From Lingula anatina (lineage: Eukaryota; Animalia; Brachiopoda): a DNA stretch of 64,000 nucleotides. The translations under genes and the position numbers were made by a program. The stretch's first letter is position 1, and every line of letters begins with the position of its first letter. The DNA lies in the NCBI GenBank assembly GCA_051362555.1, contig CM120643.1, positions 18,418,848 to 18,482,847 of the forward strand, in the 5' to 3' direction. The notes below the pieces were generated by a model. It was not told the origin of the DNA, searched no databases, and worked only from the letters and a program-made list of their open reading frames with translations. Shown piece after piece: positions 1 through 27,900 of the stretch.

Positions 1-64
1 TGTCCATTTATAAAATGTTAATATTTGGTCCATTTGATAACAGCCATCAGTTTAACCTTTTTAA

Positions 65-14250
<14,186 letters not shown>

Positions 14251-16297
14251 CAGTGCGACTGACACGTTGTGTGCATTTGTGATATCGTGGTTAACCTTAC
14301 TCGCTGCTAGCTGCTGGGAGAAAGACGTATTTGAAGTAAAGGGAGTACTTATGATTTTGTGGGCCCGGTGGAATTTTATGCTGACGCAGAAGAGAAAATC
14401 AAACGGGTCTCTCTCATATACATACATTACATACACCTTATCTCAGGAAATTCAAGACAATGTGCAAAGTTCATTTTGTTTATTTGAAGTATTATTAACA
14501 TTTATTAGTCTGACTGTTGTGTTCTGTTGTCATGGCAACACGTTTTGGCATTGGAGCTGGAGGTTTGAGTTTCCAAGTTTTCAACTGATTTTTTTTTTAT
14601 TTAAAACGAGTGAGTACACTGCAAGCATGAACCTTTTTAAACACCTTCTCTGGATTTAGTCAATGGTTTATCACGTCTTTATTCATGTTTGTAACATGAA
14701 TCTTTTTCTGGGATTTGATGTGTAGGGCATTTTGATTTGGAAAAGAAAATTCTGTCAGAAGAGGGTTGGATGCCGGGGCGAAGGTGCTATGCAAAAATAC
14801 ACGAACTTTTCTGTGAGATTTGGCATGTTTTAGTCCTCAATACTGCAAATCATCACCAAACCACTGTGATACCAATTAATTAATGAGTTGAAAATTTTAT
14901 CAATTAATGCCATTTAACAGGTGGCTTCTTACTGTTATAGTTGTTGTCGTTTAAATGCAGACAAATCATTTCATGCAGTGTTCTTTTTTAGCATAGCGCT
15001 TTGGTGGGCCGTGCTACGTACTTTGCCAGAATTTTTCGTCCAATTTTTTTTAACCTAGAAATGGGTGGATTTAAAACTACAGCAAGGGCAGGGAGATATG
15101 AGCTTCTTTTGGCAGGTAGATACTTTGCGATGACTCGGCAGGTTTTATGTTTCTTTTTAAGTCCGGCTGCTGGTATGAAATCCCGACGTCTCCCTATTCG
15201 TAGTCAATGGCAATTTTCCAAAAAAACGAATAGACTTAATTGCTGTTTATATACATGGATCTTATTCAGGGATCTAATATTAATATTATTATCATCGTTT
15301 TCTTTTTTGTTGATTCATGTAATGTGGTGCAACAGAAACTTTTGTTTAATGTAAAATAATTGTACATAATATCAGTTAGTTAGAGAACACGTGCGTCGGG
15401 AGATAGCTACCCGTGTTTCTGAACATGCTCCTTCACCACGACACCTCGGGGAATTGGATCTCAAAAAATTAGGACATGTAATGTGCCTGTAGTGACTGTA
15501 TACATCATTCTACCTTGGTCGAATTATTATTATTACAATTATTATTAATATGGATATTGATATCACAATTAATACTATTTAATTTCGATTTGTACCTTGT
15601 AAATGTGTGCTGTTCTACAGCATGAAAACTCCATTAGACAGTACTTGTGCTTTGTGAATTGCATTTGTGAATTGTTGGGAGAGAGATTCTGATATCGAGT
15701 ATCTATCTCAGATTTGCTTTCTTATGTTTGTGTTTACAACATTGACCATGGATATTTTACGCGTAAAATCGTTTTGAAATTCAATCATGTGGGAAAACTC
15801 GTCACATTCCCCGTTTTATACACTGCCTTTCAGCGATTCCCAAGCTTTGTTTTAGACCAACCCCACGTGCATTTAAATTATGATTGCCCTTATTGTCTGT
15901 AACTTAAACATATAAAAAGTGCATATTTGTATTATAGCGTGCCCATACACCGTCTACTTAAACCGTTGTAAATAGCTTCCGGGATGGTCGAAAATAAGGC
16001 TTGGGCACAGGGGAAAGCGGTCAGGATGTCCTATCTCTTACTGCGGACTTGAAAGTCTAACAAACCAATCACGATACCCCGTGTTCATTATATAGTAATG
16101 ACACGCAGATCCCTAGTTCACTTTTTTTCTTTTCTTAACTGTAAATAGAACTTTGCTTGATAGCCTAGAACATACATTCTATTATATAATCATATACCAT
16201 ATCACAGCGTGTGTAAGTATTACAGCTTGATATTTATTGTTACTGAAAAACAACGTTGAAATACAAGACTGGAAAACGAAATTTCTGATATTTTAAT

Positions 16298-16303
16298 AAT
16301 AAA
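16298..16303 (+). terminator. Probable polyadenylation signal of the CHD gene (3'UTR ~2 kb)
   Basis: AATAAA followed by GT/T-rich sequence (gggttgtgttcttttgttt), at the end of a UTR-like region containing TGTANATA elements. Confidence 0.55.
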
Positions 16304-19255
16304 GTATGGCTTTGGTAATCGGGTTGTGTTCTTTTGTTTAATGAAGACAGTTAAATTGTTTTGTGTTATTTGAATGTTTTGAGCAACAAGACTGCGTTGT
16401 TGCCCTGATGGGATTTATGGTCTCGCAGACGATCTAAGAAAAATGGCGGTAGTTTTCCGTCTCTGCTTGCCTCATGATGGAAGTCTGGAAATAAGCAGTT
16501 GGACATTGGGTCTGATATAATATTACCAAATCAAGGTCTAGTAATGTTTAAAGCATTGTCATACCGGCTAGCTTTGATGAATGAAAAATAGAACTTTTTT
16601 AATTGAAAGCTTCCGAAGACCAAAGTCTGTTTTGCGTTAATAGCACTCCAGTCCATTGTCAATTAATTTATCTGATAAAAATGTTAATGTAAAATTGCAT
16701 TTCTCACTGGATGTGGTATTTTGTTTGTTTTATGACAACATAACAGTCCTTATATTGCTGATACAACGCTATAGATCAACACGGTTAATATGTAAGAAGC
16801 GTTTTTTTTTTTTTTTTTAAGTTTTTTAACGAAATCGCCTTAATATGCATGTCCACAATAGATAAACTCGTTACATGTACATATTACGGCGATTTTTGTA
16901 TTATCAAAGAAAAAAAAGGAAAAAAACATCTCAAACGCCACTAAAAACAGTCAGTTATTTCGTGTCAAATGGCCACTTTTATATAATATTAGTACATAAA
17001 TGTGAACGAACAACAGCAACGACTTGCACTTCTCTTTGCCTGTCGTACCAAGAGGGTGGTAGGGGAATTACCAATAAGTGAACAAACGAACAAATAAAAT
17101 GAAAAATTAGAAATAATCACCACTGCCATACACCTTTATTCCCATTTCTTTTAAAAAGAAAAAGTAATAATAATGCCTCCAACAAATGCATTCTTTTTAT
17201 TTAAAATAGGCGAAAAATACCTTAAATCCTTTTTAATATGCATAAAGGCTTGTCATGCATCTGTATAGAAATGACAAAGGATTCGTGCGCAGTTCAAGCT
17301 GCTATAACAAAGGAGAGACACTTTTGAGTTACCAGTGTAGTTTAATTCCTGTTATAATTATTTCTTTTATCGTAATTATTATCATTATTTTGATAATCAT
17401 CATAGTATTTGATGTTATTATATTATCAATATTTAGAAAGTAAATAAATATTTGAAGGCCACTGAAATCCACAACTTGTTAACTTTGGGGCTTTGCAGGA
17501 AAAGACGGCATACGATCCTATATTGTACTTATATCTGTTTACTTTAGAATATTACTGCAGGAGCTAAGGAAGCAATACCAATTTTATTTTATTTTTTATT
17601 TGCTTTTAATCCATAGGTTTAACTGTTTAATCTTATTTTACTTTGACTACAAATGAATCTCCAACGACATGCAAATCAATTCACTTTTGTGCTTTTAAAT
17701 TTCATCTTCAAAATACAAAACGTTTGGTTTATCAACGCCGACTTTCTTTGTTTTTACCTGTCTTAATGTGCTAGGGGGTCTTTCACTCGAGGGATTTGTT
17801 GACAGCGTGGCAGGAGCACACATGCTAGTAATGCCAGTCGTATTGGAATGCAAGTCCTATTAAGACTACCGTTACTAAATAATGGTAGTAACAGACCTCG
17901 GTTCCTGTAGGAGTTGGATTACTGTTACACCGGCATAACTGATAAAAAGCAAAAGAAAATAAATAAAATTCATTTTGTGAGGTACGCTGTTGTGTAACTG
18001 AATGTCAAAGGCAATATGCATGTCTAACCTTGTACGCCTAAGGTTTATATTTTTTACTTGAAACTAGGATCCACTACACAAGAAGGGTCCTATAGTTTGT
18101 GAATAACGCAGCAAACCGTTAGTTATCCGTATTTCACTCATCTTCTTAGACATTCATGGACGTTATTGACCGATTAGTGTGGTAGGGCCCACGTATTATT
18201 GTAGTATAATTTGAGATGTTTTATATGGATCAACGATTGATTAATTCATATCACGCATGTAACTATTGATTCATGATTCATAACTAGGAAATGTCTGAAT
18301 TACGTCATCTTTAAATCGATCCGATAGAGATAGCCTCCCCCATATATTGCATATATTTCTTGACGTTAAACTTAATATAATGGTTTTGATTGGCACACGT
18401 TCGTTTGAAAGTGGTCGAATTTTTTAGTTTTATTACTATTTTTATAAATCTAGTAATATTTTATTTATTTATTGATTTACTTATTGAATTTTAATTCATT
18501 ACTTGTTATTTCAATCAAGGCATAGATAAGAGGGTCTTTAGGTATTTATCAATTATAAAATCTTACTGTAATGCCGGGATCCTGAAGTTACAAAGTTTTC
18601 GAATTGACTGCGCGAGGCAATAGTGAATATCGTTGTGGGGGGAGTAATGATGCGGGGACAAAAATGGATAGCCCCACAAAGTCTACCAATCTTAAGGGGA
18701 GAGCTATATACATTCACAATAAAAATAAACGAATAAATACTTAAATAGCGACAGGGGATTCTCCTTAGTCCTCTGCTACCTTTGCTTTTCAAGGGCTATA
18801 TAAGCCCCAATTTCCACCCCTTGGTTTTTATAGTCGGTGACTATTCTTGTTTGAAGAAGAAGAAAAAAATGAATTGAATTTTGTTTGCGTGTTGCATTTT
18901 AATAATACAATGAACTCCTATCCAGAAAAAAATCTACTTTTATTCAAGATAAGTTTTATTCAAGATGAAAATTTCTGTCGTAGACAGAGGCGCCACCTTT
19001 AAGCAAAAATGCCTACTGGGTCAGTGTTTTGATTGACAGGTTTGCGGCTTGAATGGATCGGTGCTTGTATAAAGCTAGCATGCACTATATATGCACCAAA
19101 GTATCAAAATAATCACCAATCTGATAAACTTTAAGGCAAAACTACACTATAATATCGATGCATTGCATCGGCTACCAACCAGTACAATTATTTTTACACT
19201 TATGAACACATTTGGACAAAACCACTAATTAATGCAGCTACCCCGCGTAAGTACG

Positions 19256-19349
19256 TTTTCGCGCACATCTATTGGCTAAAATTTCCCGCCACGAGAGGAG
19301 CGTGAGTTATGTTATGATCAGACCGGCCATTGTTAAGTACAACGCGAAA
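19256..19349 (+). promoter_or_regulatory. RBL proximal promoter: E2F sites and an inverted CCAAT box
   Basis: TTTTCGCGC (19256-19264), ATTGG (19271-19275), TTTCCCGCC (19282-19290) and CGCGAAA (19343-19349, reverse E2F core), all within 125 bp of the ATG at 19378. They match the E2F consensus TTTSSCGC and the NF-Y site. Confidence 0.75.
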
Positions 19350-19377
19350 GATTGTTTATAGCTCCTGAACGACAAAG

Positions 19378-22300
19378 ATGGGGCTGTCAGAGGAAGGCGA
19401 GGATAATGTTGAGAAACGCTTCGAAGACTTATGTCTGGAACTGAACATGGACCAAAGTGCAAAAGAAGAGGCATGGGAACATTACGAGAGAATAAACACA
19501 AATTACACGTTGGAGGTGAGTTCGATTTTGTGGCAGCCATCTTTAAATGTCTTAACAAAATATGTCGATTTCACTATGAAATTTACATGAAAAACACATC
19601 AGCAAGTGCACGTTTTGTGGCAGATCAATCCTTTACAAATCTGCAACATGTAAGAAAAATCTGTTGCTTTTTTATTCATTAGGGAGACACCATTCACTGG
19701 TTAGCTTGCGCGCTGTATCATGCTTGTCGGCGTACGGTCATTCCGACCGTCGGTCGAGGGGTTATTGAGGGAAATTGCGTCTCCCTGACGCGACTCCTGC
19801 GATCTGCCAAGCTTAGGTGAGTATTTAAGGTCTGAGATGAATGGGGCTAAAATCTTTGTTGATATGCATTTTGTAATCTTGCATATTTATAAACATAAAC
19901 ACCCAAGACCTTGACCCAGATTTTGCCTTTTTGGTGTTAGTTTGCTGCCTGCGTCCCTGGACGGAAAGGTCCTTGTGATGGGTTTTCATGACAGTTTGAA
20001 CTTGGTATGATAACTGTGTTCATTGTGTTTTAGATGTTGTGCTAAAACATCCTCTTTGTTTGTGGTGTTATTTAAAAACTGCTTGATGTAACTGGTCTAA
20101 ACTTTTATTGAATTTCAATCATACATTATTGACAAATGCTGGTGGTGAGGGTTGGGGGATGTTTCCCCTAGGCTGTCAAGTCAAATGAAGAATAAAGGAC
20201 CCAAAGTTATATTCAGTTCATGTCATCTTGGAGTTTGTTAATAGATGTGAACTCAAATAAGGCTACATGAATTGTGAATTATTCTTTGAGATTACCCAGT
20301 AAAACTTTGAGCGAAAGGGCTATTCAGTGATTTTCCACAGTGAAGAGGTTGGCCAATTGCATTGGTGTACTTTCGAAGTATTCATGAAATTCTTTTCCCA
20401 TGTGTATTCCATATGAAAAAATCTATGAGCTACCTTGGATTATATTTCCTGCATCAGGACTAAGTCATATATTAATTCTGCTTTAACCAAACAGCTGAAA
20501 AAAAAACACCCAATCATGATTTTAAGTCAAAATAGGGATTAAAGGTAAATATTTTAGTCTGGTTTTTATGTAGCACACTCCACTGCCTCTCTGTGTGGTT
20601 TACAATAACAATATGCCTGGCATATTTACACTTTTTTCTTGTCCCTGATGCTGAATGGGTGTAGACGTTCTTGCCTCCCTGGGAAAATAACTGTAATTTT
20701 TTATTGTCAAGGTAAATTAGCTGTACCATTTGGTGAAAATTGTATATTCTAACATTCACCCAACCCATATTCCTTTCTGTGGTAGATATTTTGATTAAAA
20801 CCTCCTGTTGCTTGAAGCTTGAAAAATAATTATGTCCCAGCATAATTTTGGTAATATCAGGGTTCCCCATGTATTTATGACACACCCATCTTCATTCTTA
20901 TTATCAAATGATACCACCTTCTTATTTAAAAAATTAAAGGAGCAAAGTATATGGTGCCTTGTCTGGCATGCCACAAAATCCTTCATGTCCATGATGTAGT
21001 AACTTGGTAAAATTACAACATATCAATGCATAATTGAAAGAATATCGTGGCTGTCAAGTTATATACGTATATATGCATTTTACAGTATTCCACATATTTA
21101 TGACTTCCCACTCTCGTTGCTCATCAGTAGAGGAGTTATTTCTTTTAAATAAGAATCTGGTACAAAAGAAACAGCCCCCAGTCAGTCGAACATTTTGCCA
21201 AATTCAATATTTCTGGGATGCAGTTGCATGATAAAAATTAGGTCTATGCATATTAATCACTGTTAATATTGACAATCTTCTTTGTTTAACCTGAATCTTG
21301 ATGATCCAACTGATATGGAGGGTAAAATAAACAGTCACAGCTATGTTTTTTTTTTTTTTTAAATCCTCTGGCACAAAAAGGATCTTATATATTTAGTTTT
21401 TTTTTTTGAAGTTTTGATGTCCCAGTAGCCTTAAAAAGTGCTTTTATATTATGATGCACAGATGCCAAAGAAAAGGCTCTTAGAAAAACTTTTTTCTTTC
21501 CAAAGTTTTTTTCTTGTTTTGACTTACACAAGTGAATGCTGACAGGGTAAGCTTTACAAAGAAGAAAGTATTTTGAATAAATCCAGATTTTGGGGTATTT
21601 TTGAATTCAGTTACTAGTAAATAGGATTTTAAATCTTCTGATATGCAGATACAGAAGAACTTATTTGACATGAATGCAGGAATTATTCTTTTGTCCAATT
21701 ATTTATGTGGATACAGGATTTTAACTCCTGTGATTGGTGGATACAGACTTTAAATTTTTAGGCATTATAAGTGATACAGCATTTGAACTCTTGTGATATG
21801 TGAAAACAGGATTTTTGACACTGTTCCCTTGTTCCCTGGATACTGGACTTAGGCTTCGTTCACATGGAAAGTCTATAATTACGCCGCGGGATATTCAGGG
21901 CACAGACCGTGATCACAAGATATACCGCGAAAAGAAAATAGATTTTTAGAAAATAGACTTTCCATGTGAACGAAGCCTTAAACTCTTGTGGCAATTGGCA
22001 TATTTGCATCCTATCCAAATTATACAACTAACTTGTCCTGTAGCTGCATGATTAGTATTATTGGCCAGGTTTTGTATTGACACGTGTGGCCCACACCCCT
22101 CTATTGATAGGCTCTCCACCATCCTATACCAACATCATGTCTGTTATGTTTGGAAACATGCACCAAGTGTTTATTATTTGTCTCCATTTTCAGTCTTCTC
22201 CAGTTTTTCAACAAGATGAAGAAGTGGGCCGACATGGCCAACTTTGCACAAGAATTCCGCGACAAAGTGGACAGATTGGAACGCAACTTTGCTGTCTCTA

Positions 22301-24138
22301 CGGTGATTTTCAAAAAATTTGAGCCAATATTTTTGGATATATTTAAGAATCCTGCTGACGACCCTCCTAAACAGGTCAGGAGTAGGAAACAGAGGTAAGA
22401 AGGTTTTTTCCCAAAGGAATATATGACAGAATTATTATATTGATTTCCCCTTTGATCAGTTTATAGGTGGAGCCTCTAAAGTGCCCTCATGATTATCATC
22501 TGCTCACAAAATTTGCTGGTGTATTTCTAAAATACAACTTACTGACTACCATTGATGCAAAGTGCATTTGGCACAATCCAAAGATTTTTTTTTTTTTCAA
22601 AAATCTAATAGCTAACAAATCTCCTTATCTCCCAACAACATATATAGTTTAGCTGTATTCTGATCCAAATTGGAACCACCACTGTAGCTGAGCAAAGTCA
22701 TGTCACGTGTCAAACAGAGCACAATGCAGGGATGAGATTTTTAGACTATTGGCAGATTTCAGGCTTTTAAGGATAAAAATATCATTTCTTAGATAAGTGC
22801 AGACCTGCAATGAAAATATGGGGGGGGGGGAGCAGGGATTAAAAGCAGTAAGCTTTGAGCTATATGATGGTTTTTACTAGTCAGTTATATTTTTTGACAT
22901 TTTTAAAGATTATTTTTAAAGATTATTGACAGTTGCATGGATATCTGTATATTTTTTGTGATATTTCTTTACATCTTCGTCATATTTCTTAATTTGTTTA
23001 TTTTGTGTGAAATGGTTGTATTTTCCATCTAGAGTCAATGTATGAATCGTGTAGACACACTTTAACACAGTATTTTGAATTAAAAATATTCAAAAATATG
23101 ATTTGGAATGGGGATTTAATTTAAGTCCTGAATGTTAGCCCATGATCATTTGTTCCTTTCTTGTTTTTCAGGCGCCTGCCTTGTACTCCTTCTGATGTGT
23201 TCAATTTCTGTTGGACCATGTTTGTCCAAGTAAAAGGTACGTTTCTTGGTGGCTTGTTCAAATAGAATAATGCATGAAATATAAAGTTTAATTCAGTGAT
23301 ATTCTTAAATACAAACCTATAGGTTGACACAAACATTGTTTCAGTTATAGTGTGCCTTTACAATGAAATAATCCTACTAAGTAACTCTGCAGGGACTCGC
23401 ACTGAATACAGTAAGATTAACTGAATTACATGCCTCCTTGACCAGCTAGGGAGGGATTAAATTTTGTGTGCGCTGAGCTTCTGGAAGCTTTTTGAATTCA
23501 TTTTGAGTTAGAGCTATAAAATATAAGATAGTGAATCACTCTCTAGCTGCTCCAAGATTCTCACGAAGTTGGATCGATCAACATAGTATAATGGTTTCAT
23601 TGGAAACGCGCCTGTAAACAATAAGGCAAATCGAAAAAAAAATGGATTTATGGCCAAGCTTGGGGAAAATAAAGCTTTATCTATGGTTTTAAATTTAAAA
23701 TTAAAGCATTAACTCTTCAGTTATCACCCCTAGATCTTAAAGCCTATCAGATGTATTAAAAATTAAAGAGCGCAAGGAGCCCCTCAGCTACACAAATGAA
23801 GAATGCCTCTGTTTGCCTTGTCATATATATATGCTGAATTTGTTTGTTTTTACTGAATTAAAAAATAAGTCAGTAAACTCTAAATTATGATCACACTTGC
23901 TCTTGGTGGCTTTTGCATTAAGATTGTTTATGTATCTTTTCCTTGTCGTGAAGTACACAGTGGGATACCAATCAATTTGTCAAAATTGCATTACTTGAAA
24001 AGTTTTTCAGCGGTGGATAGGAAATTGTAAAAATGTGTACTAAGCAAAAACTAAAGCTTTTAGAGCTTATAATACTGTTGTTTGGACATAAAACTTATTT
24101 CCCTCTATTTGATTGATCTTTATTTCATGTTATAAACC

Positions 24139-24170
<32 letters not shown>

Positions 24171-24888
24171 TGTGGTATTCTGCACAATTGATTTAAAGCC
24201 TGGAAAGTGATGGGCTATCTGAAATAACAATACGTTAAACCAGTTACCAGATGACTGTGCTATTTTTATCTGCGAGGCAGCGCACCTGCAATTTCTATTG
24301 CAGACACTGGGTTTTCATTTGTGTACTGTATTTTACTTTTTTCTTTTCTTTTTTCCCCACTTTTTTTACACAAGGCTTTTTATTAATTGTAATTGGGTTA
24401 TTGATAGTTTCGAACCTAATGACTTTTAATGTGTGTATATGTTTGACTTAACGTCAAGTGGTGTTTTTTTAGAAATGGAGTTTCCATGTGTAAGTGGCTT
24501 TGATGATAAGTTTTTTGTTTGGCCATTTAGACAAAGTGATCTTTTTGATAAGTCTTTTTCTACCTCTTCATAAAATTTATGTGCAGATTGAGTGTTTCTG
24601 TGTGTTTGTCTATTAATTGAGCTTTTAATAATTATAAGAAATTTTGGCAAGAAATAAGTACCAAAAGCTGTTCAATTTACTATGGATAATTAAAACAGCA
24701 TGGAGTAGGGTCTCTGGAAATGAGTATTTTCCACAGCCATTTTTTCATGTTTCACTGCTTTCACTTTTTTTTAATGATTATTCACAGCTTTATGAATATG
24801 TGAGGCATTGAAACTAAATGATGGAAACAACAGCACTGTACTCCTTGTCATAAATGTGGTGATTTTACTATGTGGAACCAATATGTGA

Positions 24889-24956
<68 letters not shown>

Positions 24957-27900
24957 TTTGTTCATTATAATTTTCTCCTATGTGTCATTTTTTCCCCTCT
25001 AGCATGTACTTGTGTTCTAAAATTGGTGACTGATTTATGAAAATGGGATGATTTAATAATATGATGAGAAACCCAATGTCACTTTTTATTTTTGGCGATT
25101 TATTTATTTATTTTTTTTTTGGGTCTGTTTGCTTGTTTCATGGTTTTGTTTATTTAATTAAAATAAAAAAAAAGAAAAAAGTGTCAACCCATGATTGCAT
25201 GAGATTTTTTCTAATGGAAGATGTATATGAGCATATTCCTATTTATATCTCAAATCTGTTTTCTTGGAATTGCTTCCTGTTCATTTACAGGTGAACAGTT
25301 CCAACGGAACCAAATATGTAGCAAAGTTCGGCATAAAATGTCATGATTAAGTTTTCTTGGAAGTAGTGCAATTACAAGTAAAAACTTGAAAAGTGTTCCA
25401 ATTAAAAGCAGACATTCAGGACAAGTCTGCATATTTTGAGTATATTGCATTTCTCTTTCCCAGTTGGTTGTTTCATGGCATTTTGCATGCATACATTTTT
25501 TTATCTCAGAGAAGGGATTTTATTTTGGAAAAAAAAACAACTACTAGTATACATTATTAAATACCCTGTGCCTTAATGAAGTAAGCGACTAGCAGAGGAT
25601 ACATTTTGTGTGACAAATTTAATGTCAAAAGGGTTGTTACTATTTTTAGTAGCACAATTTCTAAAGTGAAGGACCAGGGTTCTTATTGTTTGGTATTGAT
25701 TAAGTGTAAAACACAGGGGGCTCTAGGGTTACCCGCACGGTTTGTTTGCACTTGGTCCTGTGCTTTTTATAGCCATACAAACAGGTGCATGTTTTTAAAA
25801 AGATTTGCAAGCTTACGGTCTAATCTTTGTACGGGGCTGCCTGTTATGTCCGCTCTTTTTTCTTCCCCAATGCCCTGGTTTCCCAGGGCCCTCAGATATA
25901 GTAATATAATAGTAAAGCAACTGCCAAGCGTGTGAAAGATGGAGTGAGATTGAATGTGTTGATTGGCTGACTGATTTGTGGAGGGCAGGATTGACAGGGG
26001 GTTTGGCCAATGGAAAGACCTAGCCCCACCCCTTTTTTTTATCATGTACCGGCATGTTGGGATAACTGTTCATTTTATCAGAAAAGAATGTTGAGTTAGG
26101 GTACCACGTCCGGTGCTGTAACTGTTGGTGACAGGGACAGAATTCAGAGATTTTGTTTCCAGTAAGTTCTTGGATCTTATAGTCTAGTTAACATTTATTT
26201 GCTATGTGAACTCAAAAATCAAATGGATTTTTTTAGATCATCTAATGCCAAGTGCTTAATTTTTTTTTATTATGGTATACTAATTAATGGTTTTGTACAT
26301 GGTTCTTGTTACTACAAGACTATTTTCAACTTATGTTTCACTATGAAAAGTGGTGAAAAGTTTTATAAAAGGGTGTACATATTGAATAATGATGCTGGAG
26401 TGGATCGTAAAGTGTTGATTTTTAAAAACTCTTAGATATGTGACATTGAAATATTTCAAATGGACAACTGACAGGAGGGAGGGGGCATATAATCTTTTAA
26501 GTACTATGATTAAACATGCTATGATTAAACATACTACAAACATTTTGTGGAGCTTTCTTTTCTTAGTGATCTGGGATTTGGTTCCAAAAATCACCTGACT
26601 TAAGCGTGAATGGGTGTCAGTATATGATGGATGATAGTGGGTAATTCCTTGCGTCATTGGTCTTCATTTGTTTGCTAAGTAGAACAGTATCCCATGTTGA
26701 GCCTGGGGAAGGTACCTCTTTGTCTTTATTAGGTAGTTTAATATTTAAAAGGGGGAGGGGGTATATTATTAATATTTGTGGTGAAAAGTTGCCTATAGTT
26801 TTACTAGTAACCATCTGAAAATGTCTGAGATTTATTATCGTTGATTAAGGAAACTGTTGAAATAAGATTTCTTTTTCTTGTTCAGATGATATAAAACATC
26901 TTATATATTTATTTGTTTTATTATTTTTATTATTATCATTTATGCATCATCTCAAACTGACCATAAACCAGTTTATATGTAAAGATTTGCTGTGGTTAGA
27001 GGTCTCACTTCCAAAATGAAACATGGCGTGACTTTGTCTAGACTATGTAGGTGAAACCTTTTGATTTGATTGCGTCAGCTCGTAAAATATGAAATGCCAA
27101 AATTTTTGTCCTCTCTGTCCTCCTTCGCAAACATCGTTATTGTGTTCAGGATTCTCCCCCATTCTTATAGTGAAATTATGATTGTCAGGGCTCACTTGAT
27201 TTTTTTTTCTTTCTTTTTTTTTTAATGATTTGTGACAAAAAAATCTCACTGATTACTGTCATGTCATACTTACGATTCATCTCTCCTTTAAAGAGAATTA
27301 TGATGCGTGACAGTAGAGACCAACTTCAGGCTGTTTAAAGAGATTTTTTCTGTACTTGATAATATCTATTTTTTTTGGAATAAAAACCATAGCACATGAC
27401 TGAGGTATTATTGTTCAGGTGTCAGGCAACATCTGTGTAGCCTGATTTACTGTGAGGGTTAGTCATGCCATCGTATGACAGGTGACTGACCCCAAATCTA
27501 TTTTCTCAGTAATGGTTTGTTTTTCTGCAAAAATTCAACATTGTTATCTGAAAGATAAATGCAGTGGAGGGTATTAGTCTAAAGTGAATGGGGGGGGGGA
27601 GGGTCTCAGAATAATTAAGAAAATAATAATGGCTGTTCGTTAGTCATGCCATCGTAAGACAGGTGAGTAACTCCTTATCTATTTTTTCAGTAATGGTTTG
27701 TTTTTCTGTGAAGATTCAACATTGTTATCTGAAAGATAAATGCAATGTAGGGCATTAGTCTAAAGTGAATGGGAGTTGGGGAGGGGGGTTCTCAGGACAA
27801 TTAAGAAATAGTAATGGCTGTTCGTTAGTCCTAGATAAATTGCCTGATGCACTGTATGAAGATATGTACACATATTTTTTTAAGGGACAGGAACTGCTCT

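Noticed and set aside
16470-16516. ATGATG...CTGA resembling a C/D-box snoRNA
   Set aside because: Imperfect C box, only about 42 nt, no terminal stem, and intergenic.
19153-19160. TATCGATG resembling a DRE (TATCGATA) upstream of RBL
   Set aside because: Single copy with a mismatch; likely by chance.
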